A stretch of 64,000 nt of DNA from an uncultured delta proteobacterium (GCA_963785725.1 CAWAWS010000029.1:85138-149137); one strand, 5' to 3'. Positions 22,627 to 32,368 are shown, counted from the stretch's first letter. Translations and numbers: made by a program. Notes: generated by a model not told the origin, from the sequence alone.

Positions 22627-22687
22627 GGGGCGGATTCTAGGCACCCGCGACGCGCGCGAGCAACTTTCGGCTACACTCGCGCACGAT

Positions 22688-24037
22688 ATGGAGAAAACGG
22701 CGACGACCGTCCTCTCCGTCGGCGATCGGCCGGTGGCGGTGGAGCTTCGTGGCTTCCGCGTGGAAGTGGTGGCCGGCCCCGACGTCGGGCGGACGGCGAC
22801 GGCGACGCGGCGGACCTTCGAGATCGGCACCCACCCGGCCAGCGACCTGGTGCTGACGGACGCGCATGTCTCGCGGCGGCACCTGCGCATCGACATCGAG
22901 GCGCGCGATTGCGTCGTCACCGACTTGGGCTCGACGAACGGCACGCGCGTCGGCGGCGTGCGCGTGCGCGCGGCGGCGCTCGACGACGGCGCCGTGCTCG
23001 AGTGCGGCGCGACGCGGCTGCGCTTCGTGCACACGGCGCAGCCGTTTCGCGTGCCGCTGGCCGAGCGCGACGACTTTCAGGGCCTGCTCGGTCGCTCGCT
23101 GGTCATGCGCGAGCTGTTCGCGATGTTGGAGCGCGTGGCGGCGACCGACGCGGCGGTGCTCATCCAAGGCGAGACCGGCACCGGCAAAGAGCGGGTCGCC
23201 CGCGCCGTGCACGCCTGCTCGCGGCGGGCGACGCGGCCGTTCGCCGTGTTCGACTGCGCCGCCGTGCCACCGACGCTCATCGAAGCGGAGCTGTTCGGCC
23301 ACGAGCGCGGCGCCTTCACGGGCGCCAGCGAGCGGCGCGCCGGCGTGTTCGAGCGCGCCGACGGCGGCACGGTGTTCTTGGACGAGCTGGGCGAGCTGGC
23401 GCTGGAGCTGCAGCCGAAGCTGTTGCGCGTGCTCGAGTCGGGCGAGGTGTTCCGTGTCGGCGCCAACAAGCCAACGCCGATCGACGTCCGCATCGTCGCC
23501 GCCACCCATCGCGATCTCTTGGCGCGCTTGAGCGAAGGGCAATTTCGCGAGGATCTGTATTATCGGCTGGCCGTCGTGACGGTGCGCGTGCCGCCGCTGC
23601 GCGAACGGCGCGAGGACATTCCGCTGTTGGCGTCGCACTTCGCGCGCGATCACATCGCCGACCAGCGCGGCGGCGGCGGCGGTCTCGGCCCGGCCGCGCC
23701 CGGCTGGGAAGCCATCTTCGAGTTCATGAAAGGCTACGATTGGCCGGGTAACGTTCGCGAGCTGCGCAATGTCGTCGAGCGCGCGGTCATCATGTCGGAC
23801 CCGAAGCTGCTCGCCGGCGATTTGTTGGATGCCGTCGCCGAGCTGCGCAAGCGGGCCGAGCCGGCGATGCACCGGCGCGTGTCGTTGCGCGCCGCGCGCG
23901 ACGCCACCGAGCGTGAATATCTCGAGGATCTGGTGCGCGCCACCGATTGGGACTTGGATCAGGCGGCCGAGATCGCCGAAGTTCACCGCAAGTCGCTCGA
24001 GCGGCTGCTGCGCGAGCACAGCTTGAAGCGGCGGTGA
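22688..24037 (+). CDS. FHA-domain sigma54-dependent transcriptional activator
   Basis: FHA VSRRH...GSTNGT; GETGTGKE, GAFTGA, FLDE, WPGNVREL; C-terminal HTH. Confidence 0.93.
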   Translation: MEKTATTVLSVGDRPVAVELRGFRVEVVAGPDVGRTATATRRTFEIGTHPASDLVLTDAHVSRRHLRIDIEARDCVVTDLGSTNGTRVGGVRVRAAALDDGAVLECGATRLRFVHTAQPFRVPLAERDDFQGLLGRSLVMRELFAMLERVAATDAAVLIQGETGTGKERVARAVHACSRRATRPFAVFDCAAVPPTLIEAELFGHERGAFTGASERRAGVFERADGGTVFLDELGELALELQPKLLRVLESGEVFRVGANKPTPIDVRIVAATHRDLLARLSEGQFREDLYYRLAVVTVRVPPLRERREDIPLLASHFARDHIADQRGGGGGLGPAAPGWEAIFEFMKGYDWPGNVRELRNVVERAVIMSDPKLLAGDLLDAVAELRKRAEPAMHRRVSLRAARDATEREYLEDLVRATDWDLDQAAEIAEVHRKSLERLLREHSLKRR

Positions 24038-24324
24038 GCCTGGGTTTGTGCGAGCGGCGGACGCGGAATGCGCGCGAGCGGCGCGGATTGCGGCGCGGCG
24101 GCGGTCGGGTTGGGTGTGCGGTCGGTGGACGGCTTGGCGGGCTCGCGCGGGCGGCTGTGCCCACGTCGGCTGTCGCCGACGGCCCGGTCCAGCGAGCGAT
24201 CGGCCGCGCGGGCTCGCTCCGTCGGAGCCGGCCATCGTGTAGTCGGGCAAACCGATCGATGGCTTATCGCGGGCGCACGCGCTCCGCACCCACGCGCGCC
24301 GCCAATTTCCGCGCGCGCTAGGAC

Positions 24325-25200
24325 TTACAGCGCCGCGATGCGCCGCTGCGTGAGGTCGAGATAGCCCGTGTCGACGTCGATGCCGACATAGCGCCGGCCG
24401 CTCGCGACCGCCGCCACGCCCGTCGTACCCGAGCCGTTGAACGGGTCGAGCACGATCTCGCCCGCGCTCGAGCCCGCGCGCACGATGCGATCGAGCAGCG
24501 CCAGCGGCTTTTGCGTCGGATGGCGCCCCGACTGCTTCTCGCGCTTCGCCGGCGTCGGCAGCGACCACACGACCTGCTCGCCCGCGGGCTCCGGAAACTG
24601 CCACAAATCGCGCATCTGCTTGCCGCCGTTCGCGGCCTTCATATCGCGATAGTGAAACGTGTGCGGCAGCGGCGCGCGCTTCTGCGGCGCGGCCCACAAG
24701 AGAATTTCCGTCGAGTGCGTGAAGAAGCGGCAGGCCAGGTTGGGGCTGGCGTTCGGCTTGAACCACGTGATCGTGTTCAGCAGGTGATAGCCGAGCGACT
24801 GCATGGCGAAGCCGATCGAGAAGATGACGTGATGCGTGCCCGACACCCAAATCGTGCCCGAAGGCTTGAGGACGCGCTGACACGCCCGCAGCCAGGCCAA
24901 GTTGAAGTCGTGATCGGCGGCGAGCCCGGCCGAGGCGTCCCATTTGCCCTTGTCGACGGAGACGCGCTTGCCCGACGAGCACGTGGTGCCGCCGTTGGAC
25001 AAGTTGTACGGCGGATCGGCGAACACGAGATCGACCGATTTGGCGGGAAGCTGATCGAGCAGCGCCAAGCAATCGCCGTGCAGGAGCCGACTTTCGCCCA
25101 CCGCATGCTGCGTGGACGAGCGCATACGCGCGTCGACGAAGCGAAAGAGATCTTCGTCTTGCGTCTGGGCCTGTAGCGGCGCCCGTTGCGGCCGTGCCAT
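24325..25200 (-). CDS. Beta-class DNA amino-methyltransferase, DpnA (M2.DpnII)-like
   Basis: FADPPY, VSVDKGKWD, PNLACRFFTHSTE, GKQMRDLW, HPTQKP, DPFNGSGTTG. Confidence 0.88.
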   Translation of the reverse strand: MARPQRAPLQAQTQDEDLFRFVDARMRSSTQHAVGESRLLHGDCLALLDQLPAKSVDLVFADPPYNLSNGGTTCSSGKRVSVDKGKWDASAGLAADHDFNLAWLRACQRVLKPSGTIWVSGTHHVIFSIGFAMQSLGYHLLNTITWFKPNASPNLACRFFTHSTEILLWAAPQKRAPLPHTFHYRDMKAANGGKQMRDLWQFPEPAGEQVVWSLPTPAKREKQSGRHPTQKPLALLDRIVRAGSSAGEIVLDPFNGSGTTGVAAVASGRRYVGIDVDTGYLDLTQRRIAAL

Positions 25201-25239
25201 TCGGCGATCATCGAGTCGCCGATGCCGCGGGTCAAATTT

Positions 25240-25896
25240 TTAGACGTGAGGATGCGCTTTGTAGGCGCGAATCCGCGAACGCAAGAACCAAATGGCCGCG
25301 ATGAGGATGACGGCGGCCAGCACGGCGTCGAACTTGTGGAACCACGGGCGCAAATACTCCCAATTCGACCCCGCCTTGGCGCCGGCGAGCGCCAGCACAA
25401 AGCACCACGGCAGCGATCCGAGGAACGTATAGACGTGAAAGCGCACCTGATTCATGCGCGCGATGCCGGCCGGCAGCGCGATGAACGTACGCACCGCCGG
25501 CAGCAAGCGCGCGGCGAACACCATGATCGCGCCGCGACGCTCGAACCAGCCGTCGACGCGGTTGAGCTCGTGCGGCGTCACGAAGAAGCGCACCCAGCTC
25601 GTCCTCTCGAGGAACGGCCGGCCCAGCTTCGCGCCCACCCAATAAGCGGGAATCGAGCCCAAGTTGCAGCCGATGGCGCCGCACAGCGCGACCAGCCACA
25701 GGTTGAGCGGCTGCTTGCCGACGGCCAGCGCGATCGCCGGCAGCGTCACCGAGCCGGCAAACGGCATGATGATTTCGGAAGGCAGCGGGATGCACGCCGA
25801 CTCGATCGCCATCAAGAGGACGACGCCCAAGTAGCCGAGCGCGAGGATGACACTCTGAATCCAAAGTCCTAAGTGCTCTAAAAGATTTGCAATCAC
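25240..25896 (-). CDS. DedA family membrane protein
   Basis: LMAIESACIPLPSEIIMPFAG, RLLPAVRTFIALPAG; GTG start overlapping the upstream stop. Confidence 0.9.
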   Translation of the reverse strand: MIANLLEHLGLWIQSVILALGYLGVVLLMAIESACIPLPSEIIMPFAGSVTLPAIALAVGKQPLNLWLVALCGAIGCNLGSIPAYWVGAKLGRPFLERTSWVRFFVTPHELNRVDGWFERRGAIMVFAARLLPAVRTFIALPAGIARMNQVRFHVYTFLGSLPWCFVLALAGAKAGSNWEYLRPWFHKFDAVLAAVILIAAIWFLRSRIRAYKAHPHV

Positions 25897-27356
25897 GTGA
25901 GGCTCTCCGCGCTTGGTCGTGCAGGAGTACCAGTCCGCGGCCAGCTTTTCAACGCCGGCGGACCGTCGAAGTGGCGCCGTGCCCAGGCGCGGTCGTAGAT
26001 CGCGAGCAGGATGAGCGCGCCCAAGAACGTGTAACCCGTCTTCAAATTGGGCGGCAGGACGAAGAGCGCGCTGATGAAGAGGATCCAGCCGACGGCGAGC
26101 GTGTTGACGATCGTCGACCAGCGGCCGACGTGCCACGGGCCGCGTTCGAGGCGGCCTTGGCGGCGGGCGCGCAACGCCGCGACGATGGGAATGCCGTAGG
26201 AAACGTAGAAGCCGATGGTGCTGACGGAGACGATGACGTTGTAGGCGCCGCTCCAGAGCGCGAGCAAGAACGCGGTGGCGACGCAGGTCCAGACGGCGAC
26301 GGCGGGCGTGCGATGGCGCTCGCTGACGCGCTTGAGCCACGCGGAGCCGGGCGTGCCGCCGTCGCGGGCGAAGGCGAAGAGCATGCGCGAGCTCGACGTC
26401 ACCGAGCCGAGGCCGCAGAACCACATGGCGCCGATGACCATCCAGACGAGCGCGCCGCCGAGGCGACTGCCGAGCGCGGTGCGCAAGACGTAGACGAACG
26501 GGTTGTCGGCGGCGGCGGCGGCCGGCAAATCGCGGATGGCGAGCGTGATGGCGACGAGCATGACGAAGCCGACGACGCCCGAGACCCAGACGGCGTTGAC
26601 GATGCCGCGCGGCGCGGCCTCTTGCGCGCCTTTGGTCTCCTCGGCGACGTGGGCCGACGCGTCGTAGCCGGTGAACGTCCATTGCGCCTGCAAGAGCCCG
26701 ATGAGGCAGGCGTAAGCGAACGGATAGAGCACGCCGTCGCTGGCTTTGGCGACGAAGCGCGTCGTCAGGAACGTCAGCGGCTGCAGCGGCGCCAGCCAGA
26801 TCAGCGCGCCCACGAGCAGCGCCGTGCCCGCGAGGTGATACCAGGCCGACAGCTCGTTGAGCGCCGTGACGACGCGAATGCCGACATGATTGAGCACGCC
26901 GTGACTGACGAGCACCGCGACATAGATCGCCAGCACGTTCAGCTTCGTATTCGGCAGGCCGAACGCCTCGCGCATGAAATCGGCGAGCGCGTAATCGACG
27001 CCCGCGAGCACGGCCACTTGGCCGATGACGTTGAGCCACGCCGTCCACCAGCCGACGCGCACGCCGCCCAAGATCGTCGCCCAGTGATAGAGCGCGCCCG
27101 CTGTCGGATACGCGGACGCCAACTCCGCGAGGCTGATGGCGACGAAGAGCGTCATGAGGCTGACGAGCGGCCAGCCGATGGTCATTTCGATCGGGCCGCC
27201 TTGCGTCAGACCCCAGCCGTACAAAGACACGCCGCCGGTCAGAATCGAAATGACCGAGAACGACAGCGCGAAGTTGCCGAACGCGCTCATGCCGCGTCGG
27301 AGCTGCTGCGCGTAGCCGAATCGGCGGAGCTCCGCCTCGTCGTCGAGCACGATCAT
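25893..27356 (-). CDS. APC-family amino acid permease
   Basis: GYAQQLRR, FSVISILTG, ELASAYPTAG, FTGYDASAHVAEET, FAFARDG; about 12 TM helices. Confidence 0.92.
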   Translation of the reverse strand: MIVLDDEAELRRFGYAQQLRRGMSAFGNFALSFSVISILTGGVSLYGWGLTQGGPIEMTIGWPLVSLMTLFVAISLAELASAYPTAGALYHWATILGGVRVGWWTAWLNVIGQVAVLAGVDYALADFMREAFGLPNTKLNVLAIYVAVLVSHGVLNHVGIRVVTALNELSAWYHLAGTALLVGALIWLAPLQPLTFLTTRFVAKASDGVLYPFAYACLIGLLQAQWTFTGYDASAHVAEETKGAQEAAPRGIVNAVWVSGVVGFVMLVAITLAIRDLPAAAAADNPFVYVLRTALGSRLGGALVWMVIGAMWFCGLGSVTSSSRMLFAFARDGGTPGSAWLKRVSERHRTPAVAVWTCVATAFLLALWSGAYNVIVSVSTIGFYVSYGIPIVAALRARRQGRLERGPWHVGRWSTIVNTLAVGWILFISALFVLPPNLKTGYTFLGALILLAIYDRAWARRHFDGPPALKSWPRTGTPARPSAESLT

Positions 27357-27357
27357 C

Positions 27358-28995
27358 TTATGGCACGACGCCGGCCGCGACCCAAGCGTCGTGCACGGTC
27401 GTTTCCGCGCCGTTTCCGAGATCTTTGGCGGCGGCGATCGTGGCGTCGGCGGCGGCCGCGAAATCCGCGTCGCTGTAGAGGTACCAAGCGAGCGCGCGAT
27501 ACCAAATCTTCTCGACGGTGGCGAGTGGCAGCGCGGCGTCACCGACGGTCATGAGGTAAGCGGCGTGCGACGCGATCGTGCTGTTGACGTGCACGCCGCC
27601 GTTGTCCTCCGCTTGCGTCACCCATTCGGCGAGCGCGGCCGGGTTTCCCGACGCGTGCGGATCGGCGATATCGCGGATGGCGACGTTGCTGCCGCTCGGG
27701 TGAAAGACGGTCTCGCCGATCTGCCAATTGCCCTCGATGAAGCAGGCGAAGATGTCGGCGATGGCCTCGTTGAGCGCGCCGGTCTCGCCTTCGGCGCCGA
27801 GCGCGGCCGAGTGTGCGGTGACGCCGTGGGTGAACTCGTGCGCGACGAGATCGAGCGCGCCGGCCAGCGGCGAGAACAGCGCGCCGTCGCCGTCGCCGAA
27901 GACGAGCTGTGTGCCGTCGAAGAAGGCGTTGTCGTAGCCGTTGCCGTAGTGGACGGTCGTGTGCACGCCTTTGCCGCTGCCGTCCCAGCCGACGCGATCG
28001 TGGACGATGGCGAAGTAGTCCCAGCTGGCGGCGACGAAGGCGTGCGCGTCGACGGCGGCGCCTCTGCCGTCGCCGGTCGTGTCCCACGCCTGCGGATCTT
28101 TGCTGCGCACGGCGGTGCCGGGCAGCTTCGTCGTGTTGCCGTTGCCGTAGGTGCGCGTCGGCGGCGAGCCGCGGGTGTCGTCTTCGAGGATATAGCTGGC
28201 GCCGTCGGCGGCGACCGCGAGCGGCTGGCGATCGCCGAACACGCCGACGCCGCTGCCGTCGAGATAGTCGGTGATGTCGGCGGCATGCAAGATGGTGCCG
28301 TCGGCGGCGTCGACGAAGGATTCGAGCAGCGCCGTGCCCGAGACGTCATTGGCGGCGATTTGGACGCGCCAGGCCAGCTTCACGGTCTGCGCGTCGACGG
28401 GATAGGCGTACAGCTTCGGCACATAAGTCGTGAACGCGTCGGGTGACCACGGGCCGGCGCTGCGCGCGGCGGCGACGGCGGCGACGAGCGCCTGCTGCGA
28501 CGTCAGCGCGGGCGTGCCCAGCTCGTTCGTGACCGGGATGTAGCGGCCGTTGATGCGCACGAGCGCGCCGTCGCTGGCGAAGTGCAGGACGAGCTGGCCG
28601 CCCCACACGTCGTAGTCTTGCGCCTTCTCGGCGAAGCGCGCGTGCGTCATGCCGAGCTCGTCGGTGCCGCCGTCGGTCGATGCGACGTCGTCGGCATCGG
28701 CGAGCGAGAACAGCGCGGCGTGCGCGCGAATGAAGACGCGGCCGGCGCGCGCGGCGTCGACGGCGGTGTTGGCGAGCGGCGCCGTTCGCCCTTCGAGGAA
28801 CGCCGGCGTGTGAATGTCGGAATACCAGCGCGCGGTCCACGTCACGCCGGTCTCGGCGTCGAGCTGGGCGAGCGCGTCGAGCGCGCCTTGGTCGCCGTGG
28901 GTCGTCGAGAACAGCGACGGTCGGCCGCAGCCGGCGACGGCGAGCGCGGCCGTGAGCGTGAGCGTCATCGTAACGATCGAGTGGCTACGGAACAT
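27358..28995 (-). CDS. M4 (thermolysin-family) metallopeptidase lipoprotein with propeptide
   Basis: Lipobox VAGC; NAFFDG, HEFTH, GALNEAIAD, DNGGVHVNS. Confidence 0.93.
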   Translation of the reverse strand: MFRSHSIVTMTLTLTAALAVAGCGRPSLFSTTHGDQGALDALAQLDAETGVTWTARWYSDIHTPAFLEGRTAPLANTAVDAARAGRVFIRAHAALFSLADADDVASTDGGTDELGMTHARFAEKAQDYDVWGGQLVLHFASDGALVRINGRYIPVTNELGTPALTSQQALVAAVAAARSAGPWSPDAFTTYVPKLYAYPVDAQTVKLAWRVQIAANDVSGTALLESFVDAADGTILHAADITDYLDGSGVGVFGDRQPLAVAADGASYILEDDTRGSPPTRTYGNGNTTKLPGTAVRSKDPQAWDTTGDGRGAAVDAHAFVAASWDYFAIVHDRVGWDGSGKGVHTTVHYGNGYDNAFFDGTQLVFGDGDGALFSPLAGALDLVAHEFTHGVTAHSAALGAEGETGALNEAIADIFACFIEGNWQIGETVFHPSGSNVAIRDIADPHASGNPAALAEWVTQAEDNGGVHVNSTIASHAAYLMTVGDAALPLATVEKIWYRALAWYLYSDADFAAAADATIAAAKDLGNGAETTVHDAWVAAGVVP

Positions 28996-29036
28996 GAGCG
29001 TCTCCTTCGCGTTCGCGATGCGATGGAGGGCCGCTT

Positions 29037-29052
29037 AGCAGTCCGCGTGCCG
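29037..29052 (-). promoter_or_regulatory. Putative sigma54 promoter of the M4 peptidase
   Basis: CGGCACGcggaCTGCT, AT-rich tract just upstream, GAAGGAG RBS downstream. Confidence 0.55.
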
Positions 29053-29354
29053 AAATCGGCAGCAGTCGTTATCGATAGTTATGAGAAGCAATACGCGAAT
29101 TGGAGCGAAGCCGTGTCCGGCTGCCGGATCTTGTCCGGTATACGAACCGTCTTCTCACCGCGCGTTCCGTCGCTGTGGAACTGGATCCTAAGGAAGTCTT
29201 TCGTCGAGAGTCATATCCCGAGAAGTCGCGCGCGACGTTGCCGAGCACAGACGCAGAGCCGACTAGATCGTGCGAGAGGCGGCCTGTCAAAGGCGAACCC
29301 GATTGCGCTGGCTCTGCTCGCACGTTTGGGAGTAAAGACAGCGAACACCACATA

Positions 29355-29507
29355 GCGCTCGGGTAAAGGGAAGCCGGTGCAAAGCCGGCGCGGTCCCGCC
29401 ACTGTAAGCGACGCGCGTCTCCGTTGTTCCACTCGCAATCGCGGGGAAGGAGGAGATGCCGAGGCCGAGCCGCCTCACGTCGCGAGCCAGGAAACCTCCC
29501 CGAGCGC
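29355..29507 (+). ncRNA. Cobalamin riboswitch
   Basis: AGGGAAGCCGGTGCAAAGCCGGCGCGGTCCCGCCACTGTAA core, GGGAAG, B12 box GAGCCAGGAAACCT; closing helix GCGCTCGGG / CCCGAGCGC. Confidence 0.93.
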
Positions 29508-29537
29508 ACAACGCCTCAGTTCTCCGCGGAGGGAACG

Positions 29538-30254
29538 ATGAGCACCGTCACCATCACCGGCCTGTGTCTCGGTGTGCTGCTCGGCATGCGGCACGCGCTC
29601 GAACCCGATCATATCGCCGCCGTCTCGACGCTGGTGTTGGAGAGCGGCAGCAGTCGTCGCGGCATTTGGCTGGGCGCATTTTGGGGCATCGGCCATTCGC
29701 TGTCGCTGCTCATCGTCGGCTGCTTGTTGGCGGTGTTGCACGCGGAGTTGCCGTCGTGGCTGGGCGAAGTCTTCGAGCTCGCCGTGGCTGTCATGCTGGT
29801 GACGCTCGGGCTGCGCGCGTTTCGGCAGGCCGCGCGACCGCAGCTCGTTCGGGTGCATACGCACAGGCACGGCCATTCGCATCATCACGCGGACGGCCAT
29901 TCGCATCATCACGGCGCGCTTCAGCCGCTGCGCCGCCGGCGCTCGATGGCGTCGCGGCCGCTGCTGTTCGGCATCATCCATGGCCTCGCCGGCAGCGGCG
30001 CGTTGACGGCGCTCGTCGTCGCGGAGTTGCCGTCGACTGCCGCGCGCGTCACTTACATCGTGCTCTTCGGGCTCGGCTCGATCGTCGGCATGGCGTCGCT
30101 GTCGGGATTGGCGGGCTGGCCGATCGCGCGGCTCGGTCGCCAGCGCGTCGCAGCCATCGCCATCTCGCTCTTGACGGGCTCGCTCTCGTTCGGGCTCGGC
30201 CTCGTGCTCGTGTGGCCGTTCGGGCTGCGCGCGCTGCATTCGCTGGCGCGCTGA
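29538..30254 (+). CDS. UreH/NicO-like nickel/cobalt transporter
   Basis: GMRHALEPDH, WGIGH, His-rich loop, HGLAGSG; directly downstream of the B12 riboswitch. Confidence 0.88.
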   Translation: MSTVTITGLCLGVLLGMRHALEPDHIAAVSTLVLESGSSRRGIWLGAFWGIGHSLSLLIVGCLLAVLHAELPSWLGEVFELAVAVMLVTLGLRAFRQAARPQLVRVHTHRHGHSHHHADGHSHHHGALQPLRRRRSMASRPLLFGIIHGLAGSGALTALVVAELPSTAARVTYIVLFGLGSIVGMASLSGLAGWPIARLGRQRVAAIAISLLTGSLSFGLGLVLVWPFGLRALHSLAR

Positions 30255-30346
30255 GCGTCGGCGGGGCACTGGCAATTCGCGGGCGTGAAATAGATCCGGC
30301 TACGAATCGTCCGCAGCGGACGCTGCTCGCGGATGCTTGTCGATGG

Positions 30347-31177
30347 CTACGATCGGTCGAGCAGCTTGCGCTTGAGCTTCGCCATCGCCTCGCGCTCCGG
30401 TCCCCACAACACGCGGTTTACGACCCTCTGCACGGGACCGTCGCTCGGTCGCGTATAGAGGATGTCCTCCAATCGGAAGTCACTGCCGAGCGCGAGCGTG
30501 CCGCGCTCGATCGCGACGAAGCCCGGGAAAACCTCGACATTGGCGACGGCACCGCGCCCCGTGCCCGTGGCTGCGATCAGCTCCATGACGAGCTTGGTCG
30601 GCGGAAACGAGGTGGACCACTCGCCGGGCCGCACGAAATCGCGCCAATGTGCCCAGGCCCAATCTTCGATGATGTAGAAGCCGCCGGCGCGTAACCGCGG
30701 GAACAGCGTCTCGAATGACGCTCTCGTCTGTGTATAGAGATGAGAGGCGTCATCGAAGACGAGGTCGATCGGTCCGTCGAACTCCTGCACGCAGATTTGC
30801 TGCAGTCGCGCCACGTCCGCCTGGTTCGTGCCCCAATAGGTGCTGATGCGCTTGCCGAGGTTTCGCGCGGCGACATAACGTCTGAAATACTGGCTATCGA
30901 CGCGCTCTTCGATGTCGAGCCCGACGATCTTCTTGGGCTTCAGCACTTCGCACCAGAACGCGAGACTTCCGCAGTCCCACAGTCCCAGCTCCAAGACATT
31001 GTCCGAAGGCGGCGCGGTTCGGCGAAAGAACTTCGCATAGGCGTCGACCAGCTCTTTGGTCTTGAAGAAGCGAAAATGGTCGGACTCGCCTTGCGCATCT
31101 CTTTGCCCCGGTTCGAGCCTGAAGAGGAAGCCGTCGAGCGTCAGGCGGTCCGATTGCCATTGTGCGTTCGAGAACAT
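30347..31177 (-). CDS. Class I SAM-dependent methyltransferase (CmcI/Methyltransf_24-like)
   Basis: VLELGLWDCGS, GLDI, DLVFDDASH, GGFYIIEDW. Confidence 0.82.
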   Translation of the reverse strand: MFSNAQWQSDRLTLDGFLFRLEPGQRDAQGESDHFRFFKTKELVDAYAKFFRRTAPPSDNVLELGLWDCGSLAFWCEVLKPKKIVGLDIEERVDSQYFRRYVAARNLGKRISTYWGTNQADVARLQQICVQEFDGPIDLVFDDASHLYTQTRASFETLFPRLRAGGFYIIEDWAWAHWRDFVRPGEWSTSFPPTKLVMELIAATGTGRGAVANVEVFPGFVAIERGTLALGSDFRLEDILYTRPSDGPVQRVVNRVLWGPEREAMAKLKRKLLDRS

Positions 31178-31296
31178 GGCCGCGCATACTAGCAGGTGTG
31201 GCCGGACGCGGTCGCATGAGCGCTTGTGTGCGCGGTCACCGCGTCGGCGCGGCCGCGGCAGCTAGATTCCCTCCGCTCGATCGAGAGGATTGGCTC

Positions 31297-31519
31297 ATGT
31301 CGCGTACGTTCCGGCTGCTCGGTTTCGTCGGTTTCGTCGGCTGCGGCGGCGACGGCTCCGACGGACGGGCGACCGATCCCGACGCCGGCCGCGACGGCGT
31401 GCAAGACCTCGCGCCGGCGCCCGCCGCCGATCTCGCCGAAGACGCCGCGCCGCCGGCCGCGGCTCGTGGGACAGCTTCGAGGACTCACGGCCGCTGCGAC
31501 GGCGCCGGCAGCGTGACGG
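31297..31519 (+). pseudogene. Possible lipoprotein N-terminal remnant
   Basis: MSRTFRLLGFVGFVGCGG...DAG...DLA...DLA linker with no folded domain; runs into the convergent gene. Confidence 0.3.
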
Positions 31520-32368
31520 TCACTCGAACAAGGCTATGCCCGCGCCGCCGTTGCGCACCATCTTCTTGCGCGCCAGCGCCGGCAGTGCCCTGATCGGCTT
31601 CCGCGCGGCCTCGCACGCGTCCTGCGCTCCCTGGCCGATGCTGGCGCGCGCGCCCACGGTCAGGCTGGAGTGGTCGACGGCGAACTTCCCGAGCGCCGTC
31701 CAGTCGTCGCTGCGCCAATAGCGAAGGCAGCGGATCGCGAGCAAGATTCTCTCGGGGCCCACGCGCTGGACGCAGACTTCGGCCGCCTCGGCGTTGGCCT
31801 TGGCCAGCGCGCGCGCGCCGCCGGCAGCACCGATCCCCTGATAGGCGATTTGCTGCTGCACGAACTGGGTATTGAAGAAGGGATCGCCGTGCCGCAGCCA
31901 CACGGCATAGATCCACGTGGGATCGTCGTTCAGTCGTCCGTTCTCGCCGGCGTTGATCAGCGGAAACAGGATCGCGGATTCGATGGCGGGGCTGAGACAG
32001 ACGGTCGTCAACGGATAGACGTCGCTCTCCGCGCAGCGCCACACCGGCGCCGCCAGATCGCGGATACGCGGCTCGAAGCCCTCTTTCATGATGGTGCCGG
32101 GCTCGCGCGTATCGGCGCGCCACGCGACGACGCCCGTCTTCTGCACGGCCGCCGGCAGCGAGACATATCCGGGAAACCAAGCCGGCGGCGGCAGCAGGTA
32201 ATGATCGCGTTGGTTGAGTCGGCTGAACTCGTCGACGCTGCCGGTCTGGGTCACCGTTCGAGTGGTCTCGACCTCCGTACGGCCGTGCACCAACTCCACC
32301 GTCCGAATGTTCGTCACCTTGTGATTGACGATATCGATCCGCTTATTCCCATAGACGAACGTCTGCAC
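31520..32368 (-). CDS. Putative ADP-ribosyltransferase of the cholera/pertussis/scabin-like (R-S-E) fold
   Basis: AWRADTREPGTIMKEGFEP, VCLS, WIYAV, EAAEV...VGPERI; GAGGAGG RBS before GTG 32368. Confidence 0.65.
   Translation of the reverse strand: MQTFVYGNKRIDIVNHKVTNIRTVELVHGRTEVETTRTVTQTGSVDEFSRLNQRDHYLLPPPAWFPGYVSLPAAVQKTGVVAWRADTREPGTIMKEGFEPRIRDLAAPVWRCAESDVYPLTTVCLSPAIESAILFPLINAGENGRLNDDPTWIYAVWLRHGDPFFNTQFVQQQIAYQGIGAAGGARALAKANAEAAEVCVQRVGPERILLAIRCLRYWRSDDWTALGKFAVDHSSLTVGARASIGQGAQDACEAARKPIRALPALARKKMVRNGGAGIALFE

Noticed and set aside
29053..29350. Second riboswitch (c-di-GMP or c-di-AMP) upstream of the M4 peptidase
   Set aside because: I could not find the conserved core motifs of these classes on either strand.
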